A stretch of 35,074 nucleotides of DNA, from assembly GCA_037190965.1 (NCBI GenBank), contig JBBCKI010000007.1, positions 1 to 35,074 of the forward strand, written 5' to 3'. The translations under genes were made by a program, and so were the position numbers. Each line of letters starts with the position of its first letter. Positions within the stretch are counted from its first letter, which is position 1. Origin of the DNA: Chthoniobacteraceae bacterium (GTDB lineage: Bacteria > Verrucomicrobiota > Verrucomicrobiia > Chthoniobacterales > Chthoniobacteraceae). The notes below the pieces were generated by a model. That model ran no database searches, had not been told where the DNA came from, and worked only from the letters and a program-made list of their open reading frames with translations. Shown in pieces: positions 10,140 through 20,398 of the stretch.

Positions 10140-13100
10140 TCAACGCTCCCCAAGAAGCCGTTCGACTTCGGTGGCAACGGCGGGGCGAAGTTCAAGATCA
10201 CGCAGTTCGGCGGGAACGCGTTCTGTGGAGTCTCGTCCCGAGCGGCGAAGGTATTCGACGATCGCCCGCGCATCCTTGTTCCCCGGATTGCGGAAGGCCT
10301 GCCCGAGCACCCGTTTGGCGGCGGGAAAATCGCCGTCTGCCAGCAACAGGCGCGCGTAGCCGAGGAAAACCGGGGTTTGCTGCGCGGCGGGATCCGCGGC
10401 GACGGCTTGCTCGAAAAGATCGCGAGCGAGTACCGGGTCGCCAATTTCCTGCGCGGTCAGGGCGAGACGCCCGCCTACCGTGAAGTCGGTGGTGAAAACC
10501 AATCGGAGGGCGGTACGTTCCAGAATGGCCGAGGCCTCCGGATCGCGGCTCAGCGCATGAAGGCTGAGGGCGCGACGGATGGCGTGGTCGGCGTTCTCGG
10601 GAGAGCGGCTGAGAAGGACGCCGCTGATCTTCAGGGAAAGATCATGTCGGTTGCTCCGCTTGCATCGCTCATCGAGCCAAGTCAATAACGGTTCCTGAAC
10701 GTCGCGCCGCTCGAGCAATAGGGAGAGCGCGGCGGCGGGAGCCTCCTTGTCCGGGGTATCGAGCAGCGCGGAGACGAGCCATGCCCCTGCCACGGGGGAG
10801 CCCTTTCCGTCATCCCACACTTCCAGGAGCTCGTCCATTCTCTGGCCGGACGATTGCCATCGGGAGTCGGCGGTCAGCTCAAAGTAGGCTGAGAGAAGCT
10901 CGGGCCAGCCCATCGCCAGCTCCCGAAGCCGGCGCAGGCCGCGTGCAGTGTTTGTCGACGGGGCGGATTGATCGCTCCCGGCCAACAGGACCAGTTCCCG
11001 CTGATAGTTGAAGGCAGCGCGAGGCTTTCTCGCTTCCGCCGCATTCTCCACGCCGGATGCCAGGAGCGCCAGCCCGTCATTCCTGCGGCCGTGTTTTGAA
11101 AAGGCGTCCGCCAGTTGTCTGGCACGAGTGGCGTCTTCCCCACGCACCAGGTCCGAGGCGATGATTCGCGCCTGGGCATAAGCCCCGGATTCAATCAGCA
11201 AGGTTGCTCTTTTTGTGGCTGCCTCGGGACTGCGTGGAGAGGCGATTTCCAGGAATTTAAGAGCTTCCTTGTGACGATCCGGTCCCTGAGCGGCGAGGAC
11301 GTCGGCAAGATTGAGAAGATAGGCTGGGTTATTCCTCTGCATGGTCACCAGTCGGGCATAGCTCCCCTCGGCTTCCTTCCATTGTTTTTGCTTTGCCTGG
11401 AATCTGGCCAGCGCCTCCAGCAAGCGCGGATCGCCGGGGGATTTTTCAACCAGCGCGGCGGCAAGCCGGGCGGCACGCGGGAGATCCCTGGCAGCCATGA
11501 ATTCGAGCGCGGCGGGGGCCGAGTTCGGGTCTCTCTCCGGGTGGGCGGCCCAGCGCTCCACGAGCGCCTCGGCCTCGGCAGTTTCATCCGCCGCGATGTA
11601 AGCGCTCAACAGGCGATGGATGGGGGTGAGCGGTTCCATTTCGGCGATAGTTTCGAGCACCCGTGCCGCCGCCACCTTGAAGCCGCCGCTTTCAAGCAAC
11701 GAAACAAGCTGGTTGAGCGGGGTGACGGAAACCTGGGTTGCCAGGGCGTCGAGTTGTCGCCTCGCTTCGCGGCCGTCGGCCGCAAGCAGCTTGATAGCAG
11801 CCAGCCGCATCCTGATCTCGCTGGCAAAAGCGGTCACTCGTTCGCCCTGCAGCTGGATGGAGGCTTCATCCCTCAAAGCACGCTCCCAAAGAAGGATGGC
11901 CGCTTCATTGAGCTGCCACGTTTGAAATTGAATTCCCGCAATGAGCAGGAAATTCCAGACCCGCTCCGTGGCAGGGGCGTCGCTTACCGATCCCGGTCGG
12001 AGGGTTACCAGTTTTTCCAGAGCTTGGCGCGATGCCTCATTCGCTCCGGAGAGCGTCTGCACGAGAGCGGCGGTCAGGGTGGCATGGACCGGGGAGGCAA
12101 AGCGCCCGTTCTGCTCCGCTGCCGCCACGAGGGTCTGCTCGGCCCAGGCCTTGCGTTCGAAATGGGGCAACAAAAGGCAGAGTGCGCGTTGCGCGGCATA
12201 GGTGGGGGCGTCGAGCGAGTCGGCGGGTTCCGCCGCCACGCTACGCAGCAATGGCTCCGCCTCCGCCAGATTTCCCAAAACTAAATGCCATTGGGCGAGG
12301 GCCAGCCCGGCACGGCTTCCGAGTTGGGTGACCGGCGAGGGAAGTTCTTTGAAGACTCGGTTACCCACCTCGGCGGCCTCGCGAAGCCGCCCGTGGGTGG
12401 CCAGCGTTTCCGCGCAGAGCCAGACTTGCGAGAGCGGCGCTTTGTCAAAAAGGGTCTCGATGTCGAGAGGGGCGTCCAGCATGCACCATTCGCCAAGCAG
12501 CGTGCGGAAGATCTCGAAGTCGTCGGCGTTGCGTCCCGGGCTCCAGAGCCACGCGGCGAGATCGGCCCAGTTGGCGCTCTGGAGTCCGCTCCACAGCAAC
12601 GCCCCACGCCGAGCCGCGCCCGCCTGCGGCTGCTCGGCCAGCTCAATGAGGCGGGGAAAGTCCTCTTTTTCCGCCCCCGCGTAATGAAGAGCCCAGAGTC
12701 TTTCGGAAGGGAGAGGCTCCGCGCTTCGACGTGTCTGCCACCGGGCGATCCACCGTTCGCGCTCCGTTTCGTCCTGCCTTGCTTCCAGGGCGAGAAGACG
12801 AATGGCCTCCAGTCGCCATTCGCGCTCCGTCGCGCCGTGCGCCCGTTCGTTGAAGAGGGTGACGGATGCCGAGGGCGCAGGGCTCGGCGACGGGGTGCCG
12901 AAAGTGGAAAAATGGGCGCGCAGCCGGTTGCCCAGCGGCGGCTGCGCCGGGGGAAGCAGGAGCGATTCCTCCGTCTGCAGGCTTCTGGCGTGATTCAGGA
13001 CGGCCTCGGCCGCTTCCCGGTTTTCGCTTTGATCTTCGCTTCCGGTCGCCAGCCTTACCAGTCCCGCAGCCGCCGGAACATTGCCGGGGTCAAACGCCCG

Positions 13101-16004
13101 TACCGCGCGCAAGATCTCGCGGGCGCGTGAGGTGTTTCCCCATTTTTCAAAATACCGGGCACAAAGAAGAAGCGCCTCGGAATCGCGGGGGAAACGTCGG
13201 ACAATCCCATCGCGGGTCTCGTCTGCCCCGGCATAGTCGAGGGCGGCCTCTTGAAGGTACGCCAGCCTTTCCCAATCTGTCGCCGAGGGAGAGGGGAGGA
13301 AGGTGAGCCGAAGCTTCTGATGCCGGGCGGCTTCGGCAAAATCACGCAGCGTTTCTGCTTCCTTGGTCAGCGATTCTTCCGCGACGGCACGGTCGGGCGC
13401 GCCGAGCGAAGCATTCTGGAGCTGCCGGTAAGCCTCGTCCATTTGTCCGTCAGCTTTGAGTGCGAGAGCCAGCGCGTTGGTGTCGAAGGAACTGCTCCCG
13501 GGTTTCTCCGCGCCCGCCCGAAGTTTTTCCAGAAGCCATGACATCGTTTGGCGGCTTTGGCATTGGGCGATGAGATCATGCAGAATCGCGGAACGAACCG
13601 ACTCGTCGGTCTGCTCCTGGTAGGCGCTCCACAGGAGATCCGCCACGCGGGCATGCATGTTCAGCCGTTGCATCACCCTGACGAGTGGCTGCAAAAAATC
13701 GTATCGTCGCGCATGTTTTGCCGAGGCGTAGAGACTTTCCCAGGTGGCGAGGGCGTCGTACCAGCGGTCGGCTTGCTGCTGGCCTTGCGCGAGATCCGCC
13801 AGCGCGGCGGAGTCGCCGGAGGCGGCCAGTCCCTGGAGAATCTCCAACGACTCCTCGGGCTGCCCCATTTGGAGCTTAAGCTGCGCGAGTTGTTTGAGCC
13901 ACGGCTCCGGGTGCCCGCCATTGAGTTTGCTGAGCTCGGCAAGTTGTTCAAGGTACGTGGCGGCGGATTTGCGATCATTGGAGGCCATCGCCAGCGCAAC
14001 CGCGAGTTCCCGCGCGGGGATCGTCTTTGGATCGAGCGCGATGGCCCGGGTGACGGCGGCGCGAGCCAGCTCCAGATCGCGTTTCCAGAAGTGCCAGCGA
14101 GCCAGCCGCAACCACGCCTTGGCATCGTTCGCGCCCTCCGCTGTCCGTGTTTTGGCCTGGAGGGTGGCGATGAACTCCCTCAACGCCGCGTCGGAGGAAG
14201 GCGAGGGCGACGGATGACCGGAAGGCGGCGTGCCGGGGGCGGTGAGAAGGGCGGTGGCGGCGCGGCTGGCTGCCGTTTTCAGAGAGGGAGGCTCCTTTGC
14301 GGGTGAAGAAGGTTTTGCAAACGGCTGGGCGCCTCCTTCGATGGCACGGAAAAGTCGTTGATCCGCCTCGGCTTCCTCCGCATCGGTCCGGCTGAGGGTG
14401 AAGGCCCGGGAGAAGGCTTCCACCGCGTAGGCGCGGGCATTGGCGGCAGACTCGGTGGCGGCTGCGCCGAGGCAGAGATCTCCCAACGCAAGATGGAGCG
14501 CGCGGGAGTCAGGCTCCAGCGCCGCCGCCGCGCGCAGTTCTTCGATGGCCGCGCCGATTTCGCCCGCTTGTTTAAGAAGCTCGCTGGCTCGCTGATGTTG
14601 CGCCGCTTTTGTCTTGGGTGGATCGTCCGCTTTTATCAGGCGCTTCAGGGCCTCGCGTGCTTCCTCGGGACGTTGAGCGCGAAGAAGGAATTCGGCAAGC
14701 GCCGCAGGGTCGGCGTTCGGCTTGCGGAGCACGGCCTCCAGCGCATCGAACATCCGGTGTTGCTGGAAAAACGCGAGCGCCCGTGCGGCTTGCGCTTCGT
14801 CGCCCCCGGAAATCGCCGTTAGCGTCTCGATGCGTCGCCGGGCTTCGTCGGGGTTGTTCAGGCGAACATCGAGTTCCGCCCGATCGAAGACGAGATCCGC
14901 GTTCTTTCCGCTTCCCGGGTCCGCCGCCATGACGGCGTCGAACATCGCGGCGGCGGCGGGCAGGTCGTCGAGTTTAACCAACAGCCGGGCGAGACGGGCC
15001 TTTACGGCGAAATCTGAGGGAAGGAGCTCGACGACTTTCTCCAAGGCGGTGCGCTCATCGCCGGGTTTGCCCTCCCGGGCATAAAGCTCCGCCAATTGCA
15101 GCCAGGAGCCCGGAGCGCGAGGGGCGGCCTCTGCCGCTTTCTTCCAGCGGGCCTCGAGTTCCGCGGTCCGATTGCTCTGTTGGCTGAAGCGGATCATCTG
15201 CGTGATGAGGTCCGCACGCATCCAGTTGTTCGCCGAAGTCAAGGCGATTGCTTTCTCAAGGACATCAAGCGCTTCGTCGGCCTTGCCCTCGGCCTGGCGA
15301 ATTCCGGCCAGAGAACGGAGGGCATTGGCGCGCGTTGCTGGGTCGCCGTGCGCCTCGAGATAGGCGTAGTGCGCGGCGGCCCGTTCCGTCATCCCGCTTT
15401 CGCTGTAAAGCGTGGCAAGCCGCTGGCGCAGGTCGAGGTTACCGGGATTCAGGGCGGTCATCTTCTCCCAGGCTGTCGCCGCCTTCTCGGGCTGCCCCGC
15501 GGCCATCCATGCATCCCCGGTTTCTTGCAAGAGATCGGGAAGCACCGGCGCGGAGGGGGGGAAGAGCGCCGCAGCCTGCTCCAGTTCCGCCGCCTTTTCC
15601 GCAAGCGGCAATGCGCGCGCCAGCGCCAGATGTGGCAACGGGCTTTTCGGGTCCGTTTTTGCCGCGTCCCGCAAGGCGGCGATCGATTCCTCCTCCCGGC
15701 CTGCGCGGTGGAGCAAAAGCCCCGAAACCATCTGCCCGGTGAAATCGCCCTGTTCGGCAAGTTTCCGGTAATCCTCAAGGAGTTGATCGGTGAACCCTTC
15801 CTCAGAGGCGATTTTCCAGAGACGTTCGAGCGCGGTCCCTTCGACAGGATTACCGGCAAGCATCTGCCGGTAGCGCTCTACGATGCGGGAATCGGTGGCT
15901 GCCGATGCGGAAGCCAGACCGAGAGCGCACCATCCCGCCAACGCGGCGACCCTCGCAATCCCATGCCAGGGGCGCATTCCGGAGTAGTGGGAGGGGCGGG
16001 TCAT
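10140..16004 (-). CDS. large exported tetratricopeptide-repeat protein (1954 aa)
   Basis: Signal peptide (ALGLASASA) and many TPR-like helical repeats (A..LNP.N..L, ALEPDSRALHLALG, AIALDPK). Long uninterrupted frame. Confidence 0.85.
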   Translation of the reverse strand: MTRPSHYSGMRPWHGIARVAALAGWCALGLASASAATDSRIVERYRQMLAGNPVEGTALERLWKIASEEGFTDQLLEDYRKLAEQGDFTGQMVSGLLLHRAGREEESIAALRDAAKTDPKSPLPHLALARALPLAEKAAELEQAAALFPPSAPVLPDLLQETGDAWMAAGQPEKAATAWEKMTALNPGNLDLRQRLATLYSESGMTERAAAHYAYLEAHGDPATRANALRSLAGIRQAEGKADEALDVLEKAIALTSANNWMRADLITQMIRFSQQSNRTAELEARWKKAAEAAPRAPGSWLQLAELYAREGKPGDERTALEKVVELLPSDFAVKARLARLLVKLDDLPAAAAMFDAVMAADPGSGKNADLVFDRAELDVRLNNPDEARRRIETLTAISGGDEAQAARALAFFQQHRMFDALEAVLRKPNADPAALAEFLLRAQRPEEAREALKRLIKADDPPKTKAAQHQRASELLKQAGEIGAAIEELRAAAALEPDSRALHLALGDLCLGAAATESAANARAYAVEAFSRAFTLSRTDAEEAEADQRLFRAIEGGAQPFAKPSSPAKEPPSLKTAASRAATALLTAPGTPPSGHPSPSPSSDAALREFIATLQAKTRTAEGANDAKAWLRLARWHFWKRDLELARAAVTRAIALDPKTIPARELAVALAMASNDRKSAATYLEQLAELSKLNGGHPEPWLKQLAQLKLQMGQPEESLEILQGLAASGDSAALADLAQGQQQADRWYDALATWESLYASAKHARRYDFLQPLVRVMQRLNMHARVADLLWSAYQEQTDESVRSAILHDLIAQCQSRQTMSWLLEKLRAGAEKPGSSSFDTNALALALKADGQMDEAYRQLQNASLGAPDRAVAEESLTKEAETLRDFAEAARHQKLRLTFLPSPSATDWERLAYLQEAALDYAGADETRDGIVRRFPRDSEALLLCARYFEKWGNTSRAREILRAVRAFDPGNVPAAAGLVRLATGSEDQSENREAAEAVLNHARSLQTEESLLLPPAQPPLGNRLRAHFSTFGTPSPSPAPSASVTLFNERAHGATEREWRLEAIRLLALEARQDETERERWIARWQTRRSAEPLPSERLWALHYAGAEKEDFPRLIELAEQPQAGAARRGALLWSGLQSANWADLAAWLWSPGRNADDFEIFRTLLGEWCMLDAPLDIETLFDKAPLSQVWLCAETLATHGRLREAAEVGNRVFKELPSPVTQLGSRAGLALAQWHLVLGNLAEAEPLLRSVAAEPADSLDAPTYAAQRALCLLLPHFERKAWAEQTLVAAAEQNGRFASPVHATLTAALVQTLSGANEASRQALEKLVTLRPGSVSDAPATERVWNFLLIAGIQFQTWQLNEAAILLWERALRDEASIQLQGERVTAFASEIRMRLAAIKLLAADGREARRQLDALATQVSVTPLNQLVSLLESGGFKVAAARVLETIAEMEPLTPIHRLLSAYIAADETAEAEALVERWAAHPERDPNSAPAALEFMAARDLPRAARLAAALVEKSPGDPRLLEALARFQAKQKQWKEAEGSYARLVTMQRNNPAYLLNLADVLAAQGPDRHKEALKFLEIASPRSPEAATKRATLLIESGAYAQARIIASDLVRGEDATRARQLADAFSKHGRRNDGLALLASGVENAAEARKPRAAFNYQRELVLLAGSDQSAPSTNTARGLRRLRELAMGWPELLSAYFELTADSRWQSSGQRMDELLEVWDDGKGSPVAGAWLVSALLDTPDKEAPAAALSLLLERRDVQEPLLTWLDERCKRSNRHDLSLKISGVLLSRSPENADHAIRRALSLHALSRDPEASAILERTALRLVFTTDFTVGGRLALTAQEIGDPVLARDLFEQAVAADPAAQQTPVFLGYARLLLADGDFPAAKRVLGQAFRNPGNKDARAIVEYLRRSGRDSTERVPAELRDLELRPAVATEVERLLGER

Positions 16005-16204
16005 TCAGGGAGGCTACGCGATTCATTCCGGGGGGCAATTCCGGGTTTTTCCGCCGACAAATTTTTTTTATGCCGCTGAGCCCTCTATAAGATCGGAGTC
16101 TGGAGTTGAAACGGATTGCCCGCGAGCCCTTTCTGCCCCAACCGTTGCCCTGAGTCTCTCAATACTAGAGGAGCCTGGATGATGGTTCCCCCCACTGATG
16201 ATTT

Positions 16205-16678
16205 TTATGATTTGGCCTCCGGGAGCTGCTTTATGGCGGCTGCGAGCTGTTCTACCTCAGGGTAGTGGAGCTTATACTTCTCCCAAAGCGGGGCGAGCAT
16301 CGTGATGGCTTCCTTTTGCACCGGGACGGCACGTCCATCGAGTTCTTTCGCAAAGGCCTTATCACCCACGACCATCAGTGCCACCACGAGTTTGCGTACC
16401 TGCCAGTCGTAGTCCTCCAATTCCAGCGTGTTGTCGGTGGAGTCGTCCATGATCTTGTAGAGTTCCTCCAGCGTGTATCCTTTTGGAAACTCATCGCTCT
16501 TTTTCCACTTGTAGTGCTTTTTGAGCACTTCCAGTTCCCTGGCATTGACTCCTTCCTTTGTGGCGGGGACCGTTAGCACCTCCTTCGCGTCTTTCTGAGT
16601 TCCGGTACTTTCCTGAGCGTTTGCTCCTACTGCCAGTCCCAGCATGGTCACCAATCCAACGGCGAGTTTCACTTTCAT
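16205..16678 (-). CDS. secreted hypothetical protein
   Basis: Signal peptide MKVKLAVGLVTMLGLAVGANA and protein-like composition. Confidence 0.75.
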   Translation of the reverse strand: MKVKLAVGLVTMLGLAVGANAQESTGTQKDAKEVLTVPATKEGVNARELEVLKKHYKWKKSDEFPKGYTLEELYKIMDDSTDNTLELEDYDWQVRKLVVALMVVGDKAFAKELDGRAVPVQKEAITMLAPLWEKYKLHYPEVEQLAAAIKQLPEAKS

Positions 16679-16808
16679 ACGGCGTTTCTACCGCGTCCCG
16701 GGGCATTGGACAGCCTATTTTGAAGAGGTGGGGAGTGCGAAGCCGTGGTGTGGCCCTTGGAAATCAAGAGCGACGATGCGGACCGGCACCCTGCCGGCTG
16801 GAGAAAAA

Positions 16809-16882
16809 TCGGGGCGATAGGATTCGAACCTACGACCTCCTGGTCCCAAACCAGGCGCTCTACCAAGCTAAGCTACACCCCG
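16809..16882 (-). tRNA. tRNA-Pro (anticodon UGG), CCA not encoded
   Basis: Reverse complement CGGGGTGTAGCTTAGCTTGGTAGAGCGCCTGGTTTGGGACCAGGAGGTCGTAGGTTCGAATCCTATCGCCCCGA folds as a cloverleaf, with anticodon stem CCTGG/CCAGG and loop TTTGGGA. Confidence 0.97.
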
Positions 16883-16926
16883 ATAAAACCTGACGCCCAG
16901 CGGTTCGAACCCCGCTGAATGGGGCT

Positions 16927-16954
16927 ACTATGCCCGACTTGAACGGGGCCGCAA
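16927..16954 (-). promoter_or_regulatory. possible sigma-70 promoter for tRNA-Pro
   Basis: On the minus strand, TTGCGG-16 nt-CATAGT lies about 45 nt upstream of the tRNA. Confidence 0.3.
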
Positions 16955-17414
16955 GCAAATCCGCGAATATTATCCGGAAACCTGTCGTTTCCCCAGGAAT
17001 CAATGGTTTCGGCACCGGTGAGGGGATAAATGTTTATCCGATTTGGAGCTCCTACGGTTGAGTGAAGAACCCTCATTGGAGCTGTTCAGTTTTTCGAGGG
17101 GAAAAGACGCGGACCCTGCTGCTCGGTTTCATCGGCGACTTGGAGATCCCACTCCTGTCTAAAAACGCGATTACCGATGTCCGATATTCGTATTTAGACG
17201 GAATATGATTCAGTGTTTGATCCTTGACGGGGACCTGTTTAATCGGTGAAGAATGCGACGCTAGGTCAGGGAATTACGGAAATGGCGACCGATAAAATAC
17301 GGCAAAGTACGAATGCGGACTGATTTCAGCGGTTTTTTCAATCCTATCGAAAGGTTCAATATGCGGCAAAGACAACAGCCTCGGAAACCCTCCCGCTTTA
17401 CGCTCGATCCACGG

Positions 17415-19856
17415 ATGCAACGACATCCATTTGAAGGGCCTCGCTTATTGCTTCTGGCAGCGACCATGCTGACGGGAATCTCAGTAACGGGCTCCCGGGC
17501 CGCCGACCTCGTTGCCACCGGTAACCTCGATATTGGCGGAAATGCCGATATCCGTGGCACGACCTTTACATTGGGCTCTTTTACCAACGACAACGCTCAG
17601 CCCGGCGTGATTCTGACCTATACAGATGCCGTTACCACGAATCCCCCCGAGCCGTCATTATTGAGATTCACGGCAAACCGCCCTTCGCATGAATGGGTTT
17701 GGGATCATCAAAATGAAACCCAGACTGGCACCGTGCTGACGATGAAACTCGATGCGGATCATCGACTGAGTCTTTTTTCTCCGAGTGATTCATCGACGCC
17801 TGCCATTGTGCTTGATCCGGAGCTTGGCCAAATAGAAATCAATGGAGTCCCGATTACCGAAGGCGGCGGGTTCAGTTCGCTGACAGTCGGCGCGGGAGCT
17901 TCGGCTGGGGAGTGGGCCATTGCGGCTCTTGGTTGGGATGCTGCCGCCACTGGTTGGCAGTCATTTGCGGCGGGATGGGGACCGACCGCTTCCGGCCTTG
18001 GCTCCATCGCTATGGGGGGAGAGACGACCGCTTCGGGCGAATACTCCACCGCTATGGGAGAGTACACGACCGCTTCGGGCGAATATTCCACCGCTATGGG
18101 GCGGGGTTCGACCGCTTCGGGCGAATATTCCACCGCTATGAGTAGGTCGACCGCTTCGGGCAGATATTCCACCGCAATGGGGGACAGCACCAGAGCTTCG
18201 GGCGATTCCTCTACGGCAATGGGATATGGTACATGGGCTTCGGGGGAAGCCTCCACCGCCATGGGGCAATCCACGATCGCTTCGGGCACGAACTCCACCG
18301 CTATGGGGGTGGAGACGACCGCTTCGGGCAGTTATTCCACCGCTATGGGAGCGGGGACGGTAGCTTCGGGCAATGGCTCCGCCGCTATAGGAGTGGGAGC
18401 GAGAGCTTCAGGCAATATCTCCATCGCAATGGGGAATGCGACCATCGCTTCGGGCGCGGACTCCACCGCTATGGGGGTGGGGACAACCGCATCGGGCGAT
18501 TATTCGACCTCAATGGGGAGAGGGACGACCGCTTCGGACATGGGCTCTATCGCTATGGGGGACAGTACGATCGCTTCGGGCACGAGCGCCATTGCTATGG
18601 GGGGATTTACGACCGCTTCTGGCGATTTTTCCACCGCTATGGGTTATGGGCCAAGTGCTTCGGGAGATTTCTCCACCGCTATGGGGGAGATTACGACCGC
18701 CTCGGGCGATTCCTCTACCGCAATGGGATCATGGACGTACGCCTCGGGCTATTCCTCTATCGCTATGGGGACGGAGACGTACGCCTCGGGTTATTCCTCT
18801 ATCGCTATGGGATACCGCACTGTTGCGGGAGCCTATCAGCTTGTCATAGGAAGTATGAACATCCGGCTTCCTAGCAGCAATGAAGATGTGTCGCCATTTA
18901 GGCCTGCGCTTTCCGATGCTCTATTTATTATTGGAAATGGCTGGTATGAAACCGGCACCTCGCAAGAAAAGCGCAGTAACGCATTCACTGTTAACGCAGC
19001 CGGGGATGTTATGGCGGCAGGCAACCTAACTCTCGGTTCCTTTACGAGAGATGAGCAAGGTAATACCCAATCGGCCATCGCAATTGCCTACACGGATGCC
19101 GCAGAGGCTGTCGAGAACACCCCGGCGACACCATCGCTATTGAAGTTCACAGCCAACCGTTCTTCTCATGAGTGGGTTTGGGAGCACCAGAATGAAACCC
19201 AAACCGCCGCTATTCCGACGATGGTGCTTGATGAGGATCATCGGCTCGTTCTCTTTAGCCCGAGCACACCGTCCGCTCCGGTGATCGTTCTGGATCCCGA
19301 GCTTGGCCAGATTTTGGTGAACGGTGTGGCGCTGGGGCAAGCCTCCACCTTCATTTCCGTGGGAACCGGCGCTTCAGCCAGCGAAAGCTCCATCGCTGTG
19401 GGGAGCTCCGCCAGTGCCAGCGGCACAAATTCTGCCGCATTGGGTAACAGCGTAACAGCCACCGGAAATCATGCTTTCGCGGCGGGTTCCGACACGACAG
19501 CTTCCGGTGAAGCCTCTGGCGCGTTCGGTCGCGGCACCACTGCCGCGGGCGCAAACCAACTCGTGGTTGGAAGATACAACGTCCTCACATCCGGCACGGG
19601 AGACGATCCTGAACCGTCCGATGCCCTGTTCATTGTCGGCAATGGTACATCCACGAGTGAACGCGCCAACGCCATGACCGTAAACGCCGCTGGGGATGTC
19701 GAAGCCGCTGGCAAGGTGACCGCAGGAAGCGACATCACAACCTCGGGGGTGATTGTGTCAACGGGAACCGGACAATCCCGTTTCGCGGGCGCAATCCGCA
19801 TCTTGCCGCAGGGCGACCTGTCAATGGGCGAGTTCACCAACGAGTCGACGCCATAG
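17415..19856 (+). CDS. secreted fibre/adhesin with YadA-head-like 14-aa repeats and a C-terminal QGDLSMG tag (fibre A)
   Basis: Signal peptide from MQRHPF..GSRA. About 21 ASGxxSxAMGxxTx repeats, DALFIIGNG..RSNA connector twice, internal duplication. Ends ILPQGDLSMGEFTNESTP with no beta-barrel anchor. Confidence 0.85.
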   Translation: MQRHPFEGPRLLLLAATMLTGISVTGSRAADLVATGNLDIGGNADIRGTTFTLGSFTNDNAQPGVILTYTDAVTTNPPEPSLLRFTANRPSHEWVWDHQNETQTGTVLTMKLDADHRLSLFSPSDSSTPAIVLDPELGQIEINGVPITEGGGFSSLTVGAGASAGEWAIAALGWDAAATGWQSFAAGWGPTASGLGSIAMGGETTASGEYSTAMGEYTTASGEYSTAMGRGSTASGEYSTAMSRSTASGRYSTAMGDSTRASGDSSTAMGYGTWASGEASTAMGQSTIASGTNSTAMGVETTASGSYSTAMGAGTVASGNGSAAIGVGARASGNISIAMGNATIASGADSTAMGVGTTASGDYSTSMGRGTTASDMGSIAMGDSTIASGTSAIAMGGFTTASGDFSTAMGYGPSASGDFSTAMGEITTASGDSSTAMGSWTYASGYSSIAMGTETYASGYSSIAMGYRTVAGAYQLVIGSMNIRLPSSNEDVSPFRPALSDALFIIGNGWYETGTSQEKRSNAFTVNAAGDVMAAGNLTLGSFTRDEQGNTQSAIAIAYTDAAEAVENTPATPSLLKFTANRSSHEWVWEHQNETQTAAIPTMVLDEDHRLVLFSPSTPSAPVIVLDPELGQILVNGVALGQASTFISVGTGASASESSIAVGSSASASGTNSAALGNSVTATGNHAFAAGSDTTASGEASGAFGRGTTAAGANQLVVGRYNVLTSGTGDDPEPSDALFIVGNGTSTSERANAMTVNAAGDVEAAGKVTAGSDITTSGVIVSTGTGQSRFAGAIRILPQGDLSMGEFTNESTP
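17946..18825 (+). repeat. intragenic 42-bp tandem repeat array (about 21 units)
   Basis: Recurring ACCGCTTCGGGC-N6-TCCACCGCTATGGGG-N6-ACG, in frame within fibre A. One unit is 39 bp. Confidence 0.9.
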
Positions 19857-19981
19857 TCGAGAGCGGTCTATTCCCCTGTCTCACCCTCCCCAAGAAGGAG
19901 CAGTCCCTTCCCCCTGACCATGATTGTCGCTCTCGCCCATCATCATCTGATCCATCCAACCATTCCGAAGGGGCGGTAAAT

Positions 19982-20398
19982 CTGAGGCTACTTGCTGCTG
20001 TCTCGGGGCTTCTCATTCTGCCGTTGATCGTTTTTGCCTCGGCCCCGGGCTGGTGGTCTAACTCCCAGCCGCCGGTCATCGCTCCTAACGCCACTCCGAA
20101 CGATTACGCCGCCGTAAACCAAGGGCAGGTCAAAAATATTGCCAAGGCAGCGGTGGCGGAATTTGACGCCAATCTTCCGGGCGGTGCCGGCGATGTGCTG
20201 CATGCCCTTGTAGATGGCTGGGCCACCCCACAACTCACTGGCACGGCTGCCACCAACGACTATGCAGCCATCAACCTCGGCCAACTCAAAGCCGTCGCGA
20301 CGCCATTCTACGCCCGTCTCATCGACATCGGCTACAGCGACGATTACCCATGGATCGATTCGCCCAACCAGGCAAGCGACTACCGTCCGTCTCAGTGA
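19982..20398 (+). pseudogene. truncated paralogue of the 24095-29149 carrier (N-terminal NDYAAVNQGQ domain only)
   Basis: APGWWSNSQPPVI..NDYAAVNQGQVKNIAKAAVAEF..NDYAAINLGQLK..YPW..NQASDY is highly similar to the N-terminus of 24095-29149. Similarity stops at about 20383, followed by RPSQ*. No in-frame ATG precedes the signal-like stretch, so the start is uncertain. Confidence 0.85.

Noticed and set aside
10134..16079. Many plus-strand ORFs (e.g. 11115-12284, 15096-16079) and similar shadow ORFs elsewhere
   Set aside because: They are antisense or off-frame shadows of long GC-rich genes with no recognisable motifs.
16809..16882. tRNA-Pro as the integration site of the accessory region
   Set aside because: The tRNA 3' end points away from the region, and no integrase or duplicated 3' end is seen in the window.
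16898..16917. GGTTCGAACC hairpin as a second tRNA or att remnant
   Set aside because: It is only a 6-bp stem (CAGCGG/CCGCTG) with no cloverleaf and does not match the tRNA-Pro T-arm.
17946..18825. Regular repeats resembling a CRISPR array
   Set aside because: The variable parts are only about 6 nt, the units are in-frame coding repeats, and no cas genes are present.
17415..19856. Classical trimeric autotransporter (type Vc)
   Set aside because: There is no coiled-coil stalk and no C-terminal beta-barrel ending in an aromatic residue.
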